This document shows positions 32,063 to 47,000 of a stretch of DNA of 64,000 nt, one piece after another. Numbering within the stretch: position 1 is the first letter of the stretch; every line of letters begins with the position of its first letter. Location of the stretch: positions 27,094,001 through 27,158,000 of the forward strand of contig NC_092674.1 of the NCBI RefSeq assembly GCF_964355755.1, in the 5' to 3' direction. The notes beneath the pieces were generated by a model. The model saw only the letters and a list, made by a program, of their open reading frames with translations, made no database searches and was not told the origin of the DNA. This DNA comes from Antedon mediterranea. Its lineage: Eukaryota; Animalia; Echinodermata. A program made the position numbers and the translations under genes.

Positions 32063-35000
32063 TTACACATACTCTTCTTCAATTGTATGGTTTATATCTT
32101 GAGATATTTTTGTACAAGAATCCGAATCAGAGTCTTGTAATTGTGAAATGTCTTTAAAAACTCCAACTAGTTTCTCGAATGCTGGTCCCCAGTTAAGCAA
32201 CTGATCCCAGTTAAATAAACCGTTACGTTTTGAATGCGGAAGATCGTCTTCCGACATAAACAACGTGCTTAATGATCCTCCAATTGAATTAAAACCTTCG
32301 TAATTGTAAGCGACCGTAGAGTCATGATCAATTTCATCAGTTTCATTTTCTACTTCCGCTAACCGCGAGAATATTAAAGTCCCTGGTTCGAGTTCATTTC
32401 TCGTCATAGGATGTTCAGACTCGGATTCAAATTCCGAGCATGTGAAAGAGTCATTGCTCTCGTCTGATGTCGAGTCAGGCGGTTCTAACAGACGAGTTGA
32501 ATCAATAAGAACGCTGCTCTTCACCCCTGTTTCGTCACCACTACTTAACGACGATAAATTGTCCATAGTACTAGCGTGACTGCCCATCATGAGGTCAGGT
32601 CGCGCAGTGTTCAAACGCTTAACCTCGTCCACAGTCAACCCAACTGGTGCATCGTTGGGAATACTATTTGGAGTGCGAATTTTTGTCTGTGATTGCGATT
32701 TTAAATTTAGTTGATTCAATGCCGGACTTGATGTGCGTACAGTGGGGGCACTATAAACGCTATGTTGCTCGCTTGTTAGACTATATTGCGAATTAGCTCG
32801 CTTTTGTAGCAAGTCCTTTGTCGGTGATGTAGGCTGGCTATTGTGGACAGGACTAGCACGAATGTTTGGTTTGAAGCCTGCAGGACTCTGTCTAGCTGAC
32901 TGTACTGGTGTACTTTCAGTCGGTAGGTAGGGGCTAGCCCGTAACAATGGATTCGGACTTTGCCTGGACATTTGGCTAACTGGGCTCTCACGATGCATAC
33001 GAGCTAAAAGTGGATTAGGACTACGTTTTCCATGATTATGCTTTCTACTTCTTTTATCCATGTTGTGATAATTTCTATAATAATATGTCGCTTCAACATC
33101 TGAGGGCGCTATACTGCTAGCGTTTTCAATATCATAATGTTCAGGAACTATTTGTTCATCGATGTTGTCTTCTATCCCGATGGTAACATCGTCTGTCTCC
33201 ATTATCATATTTCTAGAAATTGGGCTTATATTTGGATATTTATAACGATTAGATTCATTTTCTAATATGTCTGGTTGTCGAAACGTAATTTCCATATGAC
33301 CTTTGACCATCGAAGGGTCATCAAATGCCATATTGTAGTGACCTGGTTGTTGATTCATATCATCCTCAGTTGTTGAGAAAACCGAAGGACCATTTGGTAT
33401 TCCAATTTTCTTCTCCTTTCGCCGTCTCCAGAAGATGAAAAATAATAATGCAGCAATGATTCCGGCAAGAATGATAAAGACAACGATAAGGATGATAACA
33501 AGCGAATTATCGGTATCACTTGACGAAACTTGGCACATCGGCGCACTTACATCATCCACAATACAATTCTCATTTTCGTTACAGACTGTATCACCGCATT
33601 TTGTTTGTGATGTACACTCGTACTGCGTTCCCTTATCAATGCATGTTTCAGATTCAGGACATGGGTTGGATATGCACAAATCAACACCGACGCATCCCTT
33701 GGCAGCATTTTCTGATACGGTAGCTTCAAATGCTTCATTACTGCCATCAAAGGGTAGCTCATCACCATTTAGACTAAAGCTGTCCACGCAACCTTCCAAC
33801 CCTACAATGAAAACAATAATAATAGCAAATAATACAACAATAATAAAACTATTGTAACCATTTGTTAATATAGTTTTTTCAATAAATATTGTATATCAAA
33901 TTTGTTATCAAACAAATGAATATAGACACTCAACTCACCAGTGACTGATATTCCATCCACTATAAGATCATTCTTTGTGCCACCAAGTGACATCAAACTG
34001 ACATCAACACCCGCAAAGTCTGGTGGTGTCTGGTCAAAAGTCTTGCTCTCGACTACTTCATCAAGACTGAGGGCAATATGGCGATTGTCACGTGTAATGC
34101 TGGCATTGTGCCAAGTTCCGCTGTTACACTTTGGGTTTGATATGGTAATGCCACCAATGGTAGAGGACAACGATCCATAGGAATAGGTTAACTCTCCATT
34201 TACAACCTAAAATATAATTTTTTTAAATACTTATTATTAGTATATATTTTACACTTTCTTCTTATTTGTTGAGTACTATACTCCTTTCACAAAATTCTAA
34301 AGTTCCATACACCAAGACGCACACCATTATGGTGTAGATGCTCTGATGAAATAATCATCAAAATGATCAATGAACCATGAACAATTGATTTACCTGTAGC
34401 AAAGTGAACTCCTCCCCTGTCTTCACTAACAACAGTAGACCATCATCAGCTTGTGTACGGAACTGAATCGTCACTGATTGTTTGTTGGTTGCTCTTCGTT
34501 TGCGATTGTTGGTTTTTGCTGAGTCTAGTTGTTGTTGTCTTTTATAACTTTCCTTTACAGTGTACTCCACGTATGCACCGGAACCAAAGGACACTGGCGC
34601 AGGAACTAGAACAAAATAAAGAGTTTGATCAATTTGACATTAAAAAAAAATGTTGATTCAAAATGTATTTATCTATTGGAGTCATTTATTGGATTAAATT
34701 GTTTTTGTAGTTTTTTAACAAAGTTTATATAGTAGAACTCTATTAAGGGGCCAAAAATATTTTAACACTGCAGCAAACTTCTATTAAGGGGACACTTTAG
34801 GGACATAACCGTACCTTCATTGCAAGTAACACCTGCTGTCCCGTCTTCACATTTGCATCTGTATGACCACCATTCATCCACACATACACTTTGTCCCGCA
34901 CACGATTGCTCATTGCACGTGGTCAGATCTCGAGGACAACCTTCGATTGTTCCTTCAGACCGCAAAATGTTGGTGTCACCAAGACGCTGACCGTTAATAT

Positions 35001-38000
35001 AGATGTCACGTACGCAGCCAACGAAATCAGCGGTGGACACTTGCCAATATCGATCCGTCACATTTTTTATTGACATTACGCCACCAATGCTAACTGGTAC
35101 ACCTTGCAAATTTAACCCTCTAAAATGAAAACATAATTAAAATATTAAATTTCAAAATATATTTTACATGATCTCTTAGTACATTCATTACCATTTAGAT
35201 ACATTCTTTAGGGTGGAGGTCATGTAGCCAGAGACCCAAACAGAGCCAGATTCTTAACCTGGGCTTCTGGGATAGTTGAACAGGTAGAGGTCAATTTGTG
35301 TATTAATTTTAAAAATTATATATACAGTACATTATTTTATGTGTCCTAAGGGATTTGATTGATTATTCTAACTTTACACCAAATTGTTACACATTAAAAA
35401 CAAGCCGACATGTCCTTCAAGTTTTCCAAAAAACATTGACACCAGCTCTTGGCAAAGTCACGTCTTATTTGTACACATATGCAACGCAAACATCATACTT
35501 AATTTTCTCTTCCTTCGCATCACTTCAAATCTGGAATGCTAACTATAAAACTCATGTCCCAATAGCATTTGTCTTCTACTTGTTAATATTTTGTTGTTGT
35601 TTTTTGTTCCCAGGCCAAGAGTATTTAGATTTTACTTTTGATAATTCTTTATTTTTGACTTACCGTGCAAGATTTGCTGACTTAGAGGCACGGCACATAT
35701 TGGTGACATCAGGGCTAGGGCAGTCAGTATCAAACAAAACCAAGTCACACGTCTAAAATGAAATTAATAAATAAAAATTATTTTAAAATGTTTATTACAG
35801 GAGAGTACAGGATTGCAGGGGAGAAAGAGAATAACTTTTAAGTTTATTTCTGTGGCTAGTAGTAGTAACCAGAGGGGAGCTTACTAGGTGGACCTTCAGA
35901 ACCCCTAGCCTCATTTTAATGAAATATTTTTCAGTTAAACTAAATATTAAGAGATTTTATCTGGGATTACCACGGTTCTCGGGAAACTAGGCCTACCATG
36001 GTGGCCGACAAAGTAGCCTGATTGCATAAATAGAAATTACATGGTTCTTGATAGAATACAGCAATAACTGGAGTGAATGATAGAATAACAACAAGCAAGC
36101 AATTAATAGTACTGATACACCTGTGCTGTGGAAACCTGTCAAATTAACTTTACAATGGAATTTTTCATACTTTGACAATCACAACTTGGGAATGGGGACA
36201 AGTATAAATACTTTAGCATATGTCTAATGTAAAGTGCATTGAAATATGGGTTATTATTACATCAACATTATTACATAATTTCTAATTATGAAAATATTCA
36301 TTACATAACCATATATGGTTACATAATTCCCAATTATGGGCATGTCACATTATTTTTTTTTTAAAGAAATGACGGTTTATATTCTGTAGATCAGAACAAT
36401 TACTTTTAATAAGTTTGTGCGCAACAAAATATAGACATCTCTATTTATGATTAACATAAAAATCTGCAATGTCTGCGATGTATCAACATCATACCAACAA
36501 TAATGTTTATTATGATTGGTAAGCATGAACGTGACATAAAGTCGGTATCTTGCATGGTAACTTTGATACAAACACTCTTAATAGCGCTAGTAATTTGGTT
36601 ATAGTTGCGGTGAAGCGCTAAAGATTATGTCTTCTGTGACCAGTTAACTGTTGTACTAACTTTCTCCTGCTAATTCTACAATGTAACCTTGAGTGTTTTA
36701 TTCCCTCACAATTTATAACCTAGCCCCCAAGAGGTGTGTTTAAATTGAAAACAGCAACTACAGAGGGGAGGCAATATTTAGTGGATAGACATGATGTGAT
36801 CTGTTAAATGAGAATTTCCATGTTTTATTTGTGTGGAACGTGACCAAATCAATTGTATCAGTTTTGATGTAACTAACAAGAGACTGATTAGAAATAATAA
36901 ACAATAAATATTAACAAAATATGAAAGTGTCACTAAAATATTAATTTCTTCTTATGTATGTATAAAAAGCCTACTGATTATATTTTTACAAAACATTTAA
37001 AAAAAAAGGATATTTTTACTTCGGATTATTTTTTTCTATCAGCTATAACTAAATTCATACTTTATTGCAATAAAAAAGCCTGTACAGTTATAACAATTTT
37101 GACAAGATCCCAAACAATTGAAAAAAACTGTAGTATGTTTTTACCTAATCTTGGATTATGCTTTAAAAAATAATAATTTAAATATTATATGAAATTATAT
37201 TTTACATTTATATCAAAGAAAAATAAGGATTCATAAATATTAAATTGTAATAATTCTATGAATGAAACGTGATGTGGCCGTTTTATAGTAACAAGCTTAA
37301 TTTAACTTTACTGTCTTCTTCCAAAGCAAACTTATCATCTAAACCTTCGATCCCAATCAGAACTTTATCACCCATAACCAAAGGTAACATCCCTCTCTCC
37401 TAGGGGTGAAATCTAACCCCCTTCTCTATGCTTTGTCAGAAACTAAAGTAGCTAAACCTTCACCTAAACTAAGCATACAAGAAAGATCCTAAGAGATTTT
37501 TATGAAGTATAACCAAGCTTTATTGTACTTGATTAGAAACGTATTATTCCCTGGGTGAAAATTTGTCCCATTCTCATCTTTGTCAGCAGAAATCACAAAT
37601 TAAAATCTCACCTAGATTGTCATTTAAACCTTGTAAAGACCCCAAGAGAATGAGTAGATTAAAGATCTCTGTAGCCCCATACCAAAAAGTGTGAAATAAA
37701 AAACCTTGATTTGGTCACGTTTTCAAATTGAATGTGTTTAACAATTTTATTCTATGTCAACACATTTAATAAAATAAATATCTAGTATTTGGAATTTTAA
37801 AAACAATTACTAAATTGTTCAATACTTCAACCTTTATCAAAATCAAATGGTTGATCAACAAATTGAATAATATAATTTACTACCGGATTTTGGATAATGT
37901 ACAGTTCACATGCACCCAATATGTTAATGATAAAAACACATTTCCATAACATATAAAGATTATAATATTTGAATTTCTGATTTATCACATTATTTATTCT

Positions 38001-41000
38001 CTACAATTGACCCTTTATTGAGTTTTTTCTAATTTCAGAAATGCGAACAGTTAACAAAAATGTGTTTTTGTACAAAAGAAATGTTAAAAAAACATAAATA
38101 TCAAAAGCTGTTGTGGAATATATTATGAAAGATAATACAATATAAAATTTCTAATTTATAATACTGTACATCTGTTAATGTTCCATAGTGTTTCATATTA
38201 CTACACGTTTGCCTCAAAGCTGTTTCTATCTGGTGATTCCACGCAAAATGTCAAGCTAATTACTGAAGCTTTGGAACCTGACTTTTTTATCGGCCACACA
38301 ATCTAGATGCAAGTGATACCTATCATTCCTAGGCCCACAAGCAACTCGTGTTATTCAGTTGTTCATTTGATCCCATACCCTTGCAATGTATCTCTACTGG
38401 TACAAATTATATCTAGGCCGTGATAAAATAGTTGTTCAAAGAACACCAGGTGTTGGATGTGCAAATTGACCTAGTAACACGACATCATAATGATGAGGAC
38501 TTTTAACATGAAATATTATTATTTCTAAATTAATTTCCAAATTATTTCCATTTTATTTACTTGCAGAACACTATAATTAATGCAGTAACCTACCAAACTC
38601 ACAATATGTATCAACACATGCCAATTTAGTATCACAAATTTGCACCAAGAATTTTCATTTGTTTACTGCAGTACACAGTTAGTTTACTGAGGAAAAACAG
38701 TATAAAATGGGATAGAAAGTGTTGTTTTTTACCTGTTTATTTTGGTTGGCTTGCACAGTATGCCACTTCCCATCACTGACCGTCTTTGTTATCTTTAATT
38801 GTATGATGTCATCACCATCAGAGTATGATAGTTGTAGTTGTCCACCAATAATCTCAAGTGCCAAGAAGTTTGAAGAAAAGGATGTTGTGCCATCATGGTT
38901 GTAGAACAGCAGAGCATTCTCCTGTACTGTTGTAAACTCAATGGTGATAAAGTTGGATGAAGATCGTATAGTACTAGAAAACTCCATAAAGGAACCGCCT
39001 TCAAAACCAACACTACTGAATTGGCAGTCATTTCCTTTCTCACCAAAGTTACACTCGCACTGGTAGGTTCCACCTTGTTCTCGGCAAACACCACCATTTT
39101 GACACGGTTGGGATGTGCAAGGCCCTTCCTCGCAATAATTGCCAAAGTAACCCAATGGACATTCACATCGGTAAGCATTTACCAGATCAATACATGTTCC
39201 ACCATTCAAACAAATGTCACCATTGCAGTCATCGAGATTTACTTCACAAAGATCTCCAGCAAACCCACTTAGACACTGACAACTAAAGGATCCAGAACCA
39301 TCTATACAAGTCCCTCCATTTTGGCATGAGACAGACTCACACTGATCGACTTCTAACTCGCAGAGAGTTCCATGGAATTCAATGGCACATTTACATTCAA
39401 ACTCACGGGTGGTGTTTCGTGCAACAATAATAATCTCATTTGTATCCACAACGATTTGATCATTGTACATCTGGATGTAGTCGCTGCAAACTCCTTCATT
39501 TTGACATGGGTTTTCTTGACACGGACTGAAATCAATAACCTCAATGTCAACATTAGATTGGCTCTGAATTGTGTTGATGTTACTACGAAAAAAGGCTGTA
39601 GCTTGTGACCGAGATATATATTGTCCGTTACTTCTCTCAATTGCCACTAGAAGATCAAGACGGTTACTAGTCTCATCCTTTAAACTGAACACAATGATGC
39701 TCTCTCCATTATTGAGCAGACCAGAAACCGATGTCAGGAAGTCATTGTAAGAATTCAAGACAAAATTTCTGGCGTTAGTGTTTGCAAGACGAAGTGTTAA
39801 GCTGCTTAGTAAGGCATTGCTTCCAAATGATTCAAACTTGACAGAAAAAATTGACTGAACTTCATCATGTATTCCATCATTCCCATTGATTGTTAATTGA
39901 TACTGGTTCTCACCAGCGTGAGATGTCGAGTGCAGTTCACAGCCTGATGAAATGCTAAAAATCGAGCCACTACTAGGAGAAATTAAACGACAATTGAAGG
40001 TATCATCAGTATCCATATCATTTGGTTTTACCTCTGAAATGATTCCACCAGGAAAAGTGTTCTCAAACGTTTTCACTTCAATTCTAGCTGTTCGAGATGA
40101 AGAAGGATTATCATTTTCATCTCCAATTTGAACACGCAATGGTGACAATGATGTCTGCTTTGGGAAACCAGAATCAGAGATTTCTATTAAAAGAGAATAT
40201 TCATTCCTTGCTTCACGGTCGAATACAGTGGTAGTTGTCAATATTCCACTGTTAGGAGCTAAGTTAAAGTTACTTCCTCCAGAATAGATTGAAAACGTGA
40301 ATGGAGCTTGAGGTGCCACATCAGGATCGGATGCAACCAATGTCATAACAGTGGATCCAGCAATTTGATTTTCCAGTACTACTCCTATTGTAGTTTCAAG
40401 TACAGGTCCATTATCATTGACATCAGTGACAGAGATGACTACAGAAGTATATCCTGTTTGTGGTGGATTTCCGGCATCTGTTGCTGCCACAGTTAACGTG
40501 TATTCATCAATAGTTTCTCGATCTAAATTCTTATTTACCATTACCACACCAGCCGAGTCTACCTTAAATGCACCATCAATGTTACCAGCAGAGATTGAAT
40601 AATTGAAAGTCCGGTCAGATAGCAGCTCATCATACTCTACAGCTGTTACAGTTACAACAGATGTCCCTGTCATTGCATCCTCACTGACAGTACCAGTGTA
40701 GTGATCTGACAGAAAGAATGGAGGATCATTTGCATCTGTGATGTACATAGTAACTGTTGCCTCAGCAACATTATCTCCGTCAATTTCTCCTGCATTCTTA
40801 GCCAGGACTGTCAGAATAACTTGGTTCTCAGTCTCTCTATCGAGTGTGCCATGAGCCATAGACACAAACAATTCTCCAGTGATTTCATTGATGGAAAATC
40901 CTTTGTCAGTGTTTGCTCCAACCAGGTAATAGAATACTTTTCCATCTTCTCCTTCATCGGCATCTGTTGCTATGACTCGATCAACTACAAAGCCATCAGC

Positions 41001-44000
41001 TGCATCTTCTCGAACAAAAAACTCGTACTGATTCTGAATGAATTTAGGAAAATACTCATTGACTCCTGTTACATAGATCATGACATGAGCAATTCCTTGC
41101 ATGAATTGACTTGTATCAACATTCGTAGCAGCAACTGTCAGTTGAAAGTTTTGGTTGCTGCTCTCGTAATCTAGGTTTCCTTGAGTTAAGATAACTCCAG
41201 TCTCCGAATTAATGATGAAGTAATCACTACCGCTACCACCAATGATGCTATAGTAAAACTCTTCATTTGCAGCTGTATCTGCATCAGTAGCAGACACCTC
41301 CACAACTGTAGTGGCACTTGGAGAATTTTCGGCAATCATGACACTGTAGCTGGAAGGATTAAATACAGGTGGATTGTCATTGATATCTGTCAGTTGAACT
41401 GTTAAGACAACTGTGGCTTGTTTGGAGTCCCATGCCTGATCTTGTACAGTGATGTACAAGTAATGCACACTCTTTGATTCATAATCAACAGCTTTGATGA
41501 TGCTTACAGCCCCTGTAGATGGATTGATATCAAACAACCCAGCATCATTTCCACTGGTTATTGAGTAGACAATTTCACCATTCATTCCGTTGTCGCCATC
41601 TGATGCAGAAGTACTAAAAAATTGAGATGGCACTAACTGATCTTCAGGTATCATTTTCTGGTATGGTGTTCCAGTAAAGGAAGGTGCATACTCATTAGTA
41701 CTTGTTACATAGATTACAACAGTACAAGTTGCTTCCATTTTATCTTGCTGTCCTTTATCTTGAGCTTTGACATAAATTTGAAAATATCTACCCACGAAAC
41801 CAAACAGTGAAGCTTTTGCTGAGATTGAACCTGATATTGGATCTACATCAAACGTGGCAGAGCCATTACCTCCACTGACGGAATAAACAATCTCTGCATT
41901 AACACCTATATCCAGTTCATCTCTGGCAACAACATGAAGGATTGATTGTCCAATTCTAATGTTCTCTGGAGCAGGAGAAAAATAACTATCTTCCTCAAAT
42001 ACTGGTGGATGATCATTTGAATCTTGAATATGGAAGATAATGTCTGAATAATTTGCATATGATGGAATGCCATTATCATATGCTACTACAGAAACACTGT
42101 ACTCATTTTGATCCGGCAGGGTTCCTGGGTCTTGAGGAATAAATAGTATTTCATTCTTGATGCTAATAACACCAGTGACGCTGTCAACTTTGAAATAATC
42201 AGACATAGTTTTTAATCGGTATCTGACCTCTCCACCATTTCCTCCATCTACATCACTGGTCATTAATGTGAACACTGGTGTATTTACTGGCAATCCTTCA
42301 TGTATCCACTTTTCATATGTGCCGTCAGCAAATACTGGAGCATTGTCGTTGATGTCTACAACATTTATCGTGACTTCTGTTTCAATGAGATGAGTCATAT
42401 CTCTTGCTACTACTGGCAGATAATGCCTAGATTTTGACTCAAAATCAAGGTTTCCAACCACTGTAATCATCCCATTATTTGGATTAACATTGAAGAGATC
42501 ACTTTCACCGTCTGTACCGATAGCATATGAAATAGCAGAGTTTGTGCTTCCATCGTTGTCAGTAGCTGTAACAGAGATGATGTATGTTCCAGATGGGGAG
42601 TTTTCATTAACACTTGCTGAGTAGATGTTATCAAATTTAATGCCATTATCGTTTACATCTCCAATGGTGACTTCTATTATTGTGGACCCAGTCATTGATG
42701 AAGCACCTTGATCAACAGCATATACAGTGAGTTCATACATTGCATATTCTTCTCTGTCCAATGATCTTGTTGTGATTATCTCACCAGAAGTAGAATCGAT
42801 GGTAAAAGCATTCTGATGGTTTCCAGCAGTGCCCATTGAGTAACTGAATTCTCCATTAGTACCTGCATCAGGATCACTAGCCGTTACAACAACAATGGTT
42901 TGAGGGGCTGGAATATTCTCCATAACCTGGCCATAATAAACGTTCTCTGTAAACACAGGTGCATTGTCATTGATGTCAGTTACAGTAACATCCAACATAA
43001 GGAAGCTGGATAAGGTGGCAGTATCACTAGTTCTTGCTTCAACCCATAGTTCATAGGTAGATATTGCCTCTCTGTCTAAACTCTTTGCAATTCTAAGCTG
43101 ACCATTGCTGTTAATACTGAATACATCATCGATGTTACCACCAGATAGATGGTAAGTGATTCCAGCAGTAGAACTAGAAACTTGAATAGTGCTAATAAGA
43201 CTGCTGACTGGTATGCTTTCTTCAATGTCATAACTGGTATCAACTGAATTAAACACCGGAAACTGACTATTGCTAAATCCAATGGTTACAGTTGCTACAG
43301 CAGGAGAGAATTCTGAATGAGAATCCCTTCCGGTAACTTCTATTACGTAAGTTGAAGATTCTGATGATAATTGCATTTTTGTTGTCACAACTCCACTAGT
43401 TCTTCCCACTTGAAACCTGGAGGTATCACCTGATGTAATCGAGTAAATTATATCTCTGTTTGTTGGCTCATCTCTATCAATTCCTTCTATTGCAGCTACA
43501 AATGTACCTGTGAATTTAATATAACAATTGGGGAAATTAGCTGAGATTCAAAAATAAAATGTATCATGGCTTTGTGGAACAGTTTACTGAAAGCCTGTAT
43601 CATAATATATGATTGTCCACAAAAGAGCAAGTACAAAGTTTATATACAGTATTTATATATTATTAAAATTTGTATTCAAGAAGAATTTACACAAAAAATG
43701 TAGATAGTGACTATTTGTATAATAATCGCTTTCTAATTCCATCAGAAGGAATAGTCACAATAAATAAAAGAAATTTAAATCCTAGCAAATGAAAATACAA
43801 TAGCAGTATGTGACAAGGGTCATCAAGGAGATTAGATTTGAGGTATAATCAAATTAAAACCACAAATGAAGGAGATGATCTGTCTCTTTACATTGTCTTG
43901 ATGAGTAATGAAAGGATTACATAATAAAAGATAAATACCTGATGCACAGGTGCTTGGAATGGTAGAAGTGAACGATGTAATAGGGAAGACAGGTCCATTA

Positions 44001-47000
44001 TCATTGATGTCTCCCAGACGAACAACAACATTCGCTGATGCTGTTCTAGAGTTGGATGGGTTCAATGCATTTCCATCTATGGCAGTGACAACCAAGTTGT
44101 ATGTTGATTGTGTTTCTCGATCTAATATTCCTGCTGTGATGATCTGGCCGGTTACTGGACTTATGGTGAAGAGTGTGCCAATGTCATCATTAAGTTGATA
44201 TCTGGAAATATTAAATAATATACAAAGTAAAATATGAGTAGGGATGTAGAGAAGTCTAAGGTTGAGTGGAGAACAATAAAACAGAACTTTTATGTATCCA
44301 TAATTTTGCTGTGTTGAAAGTAAGTTGGGTGGGAAACTTTGAAGGTGAATGACAATAATGGAATAATATGAATACGATACCTTATATTTCCATTATCTCC
44401 AACATCGGCATCTGTCGCACTGACTAGTAGCACATCCTCACCTATTTGAACATTTTCATCTACCGTGACGGTGTATGTGTTTGGATCGAACACTGGACTG
44501 TTATCATTCTCATCTCCAACAATAATGTTGACAGTACTTGTACCAGTAAGAGAAGGAGATCCTATAATGATAAATATATTATAAACTGCTGTTAAAGGTT
44601 TATCTTTAAGGCTTTGCAACAATACAATGGCTAAAGAACATTTGTGCTTCTTTATAATTTTCTTTCAACAAAATACAAAAATTGAAGATATATAATACAA
44701 TTTTAAGTGGTTTTAATAGGCTAACAAATGGTACTACGAAAACAGAACAATTTATCAAAATCACATTTGTTTTTAAACTGATTTAGATTTAACATATTTC
44801 ACATTTTGTCTTTGTTCTTACAGAATCATTCATCATTTTTGCATTTTGTGTCTAGCCAACTAGTCTCATGCAAGTTATAAAATATCCCCTTACTGGTTGA
44901 TGTCGATAACTTTTCCTCGAAGGTCAGGGGTCATGGGCAATACGATATATATTTTACCTAGATACATCTCTTCCCTTTTGTCATAATACTTAATAGTCAA
45001 AAATTATTGTAAGCAGTCCAAATTCAGTATAGTAAAAATGCAATACCGTAAATGGAAAAAGTACTGCATATACAGTTTTGGTATTATTAATAATTTACAT
45101 ATTTGTATGATGGAAATCTTAGGAGGTAAATTAAGTTACAATTAAATTATTTTGAAATGAGGTATGAGAGGGTATACCAACAATTTTAATTAAAAATATA
45201 ATTAGAAACAGTAGTTTGAGCAGCATATAATGCAAAACATGTACAAGAATTCTTCAGAAATAGTTGTGGTTGATTTTGACTTGTTCTATGGAGCTCAAAC
45301 TTTACAAAGAAAAACAATGACCTAACTTAGTTTATGAGCAAAAGTTAAAGCATATTTTTGTATTGAATAAAATATATTTATGTCTATAAATTAATTACAA
45401 TAAATCTAAATAAAATAATAAATCAAGACTACTATTTTAATTTCTATTAATTCTTGTAACATGACAGCATCCTGTTTTCCATCATATTTCTGACATGTTT
45501 CCATTGTGCTGTTGTCTTTAAACGACCCCCTCCTACCAACACCGTCCCAAGGCTTGTAGAAATTGACAAGAATGTCACGTTTAGGAAGAATATAAAATGA
45601 TGGAATGTCTTTATTAAATGACAAGAATATATTATTTCAAATAACAACTGTGAACAAAGAAATAAGTATGCACGGACAGATAATGTTATAAAAACGGCGA
45701 GATTTCAACAGAATAATAAATCGGATTCAAAGACGGCTTGAAGCAACGAAACAACTGATGTATTATTGCAACAAATTTTTTTCGTAAACTAAACTCAAAG
45801 CACCCCTGGGAGGAAGAGAACAAGTCGTTGCTCCGACACTAGAATAAAAAATGCCGACTGAAGATAATAAAAAATGTTTATTACCATGAAGATAAATGTT
45901 TATAATCTTTAAAAATACTTCTGATATATCATTACTATAACACTTTTTTTATTATTTTTTGCAAATTCATGCTCATGTGTATTTACGAAAAGTAGGTCGA
46001 GTGTGAAGAATCGTTAGTGACTTTTTTTATATCATTTGACCTTTAGAAAATACATATACATACAAGAAAAAAATAACATAATAATAACATTCGTCTCACG
46101 CACAGATAACTGTAGGTCTATCGGTAAATTAAGTCTACTTGTACGGTAATGATAAATAAGTAGATTTATTGTAGTGTTCATGGGCCTAGACGATAGCTAT
46201 TCCTATCATGAAATAGTATCAGGTAGTAGCCTAGGTCAACCAAGATGAACTTGAGGTTGCCTGAGAGCTGTTGCTTGGCACGTCCACCAGGCCAGGATGA
46301 GTGTGCACCTTTACTCTAGTTTCCGAGTTCAAACGAGGATATAGCTTGTGGAAATGATGGTGAAAATCAACACTTTCACAATTAGTATGTTGATAATCAC
46401 TTTGACATTCCTGATTGGTTACTCATTGTTCTCATATTATGACTAATTAAATCTACTTTTTAATTAGCTAGCTTGGGAAAAACCAAAAAGAAATAAAGTA
46501 TAATTTTTATAACATTTAACAAAAATTGTTATCTTTCCCTCAGTTGCGTAAGAAAGTTCTATACAAATTACATTTTTTATATCTCAACACTTACTTACAG
46601 TAAATTAACCATTTTGAATTTGGTCCTGACTTATTGCCTATTCCAAATTTCTCATGATTGGAACAAATAAACAAAAATGAAATTTCTTTTTGGTACAGTG
46701 TATGGTATTGTACAAAACCAAACAAGATCTAATAGCCATCCCTAATTATCTCCAGAATGTTTGTATACACTTCATTTCCTTCCTAGTTAAACTAATAAAT
46801 ACAATTTCAAATTTGCTACTAGAACTTTTTGGATTGTTTTTAAAGTACATAAACTTGCATGCAAAAAAGTGATAAAGATCTGTCAGCATACATTACTAAT
46901 GTCCATGTGACCAGTCCATGTGACCAGTACATAAATCACTGGACATACTAATGAGTTAATTAGTACCCATGTCCACTAATAAAACTGACCAACCTAACAG

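Noticed and set aside
34730-34805. Tc1/pogo-like TIR fragments (CTCTATTAAGGGG), also near 13461-13500
   Set aside because: Too short and one-ended to define an element.
38719-43282. Alternative-frame and antisense ORFs in the large Fat4 exon
   Set aside because: Short, motif-free and expected by chance over a long coding exon.
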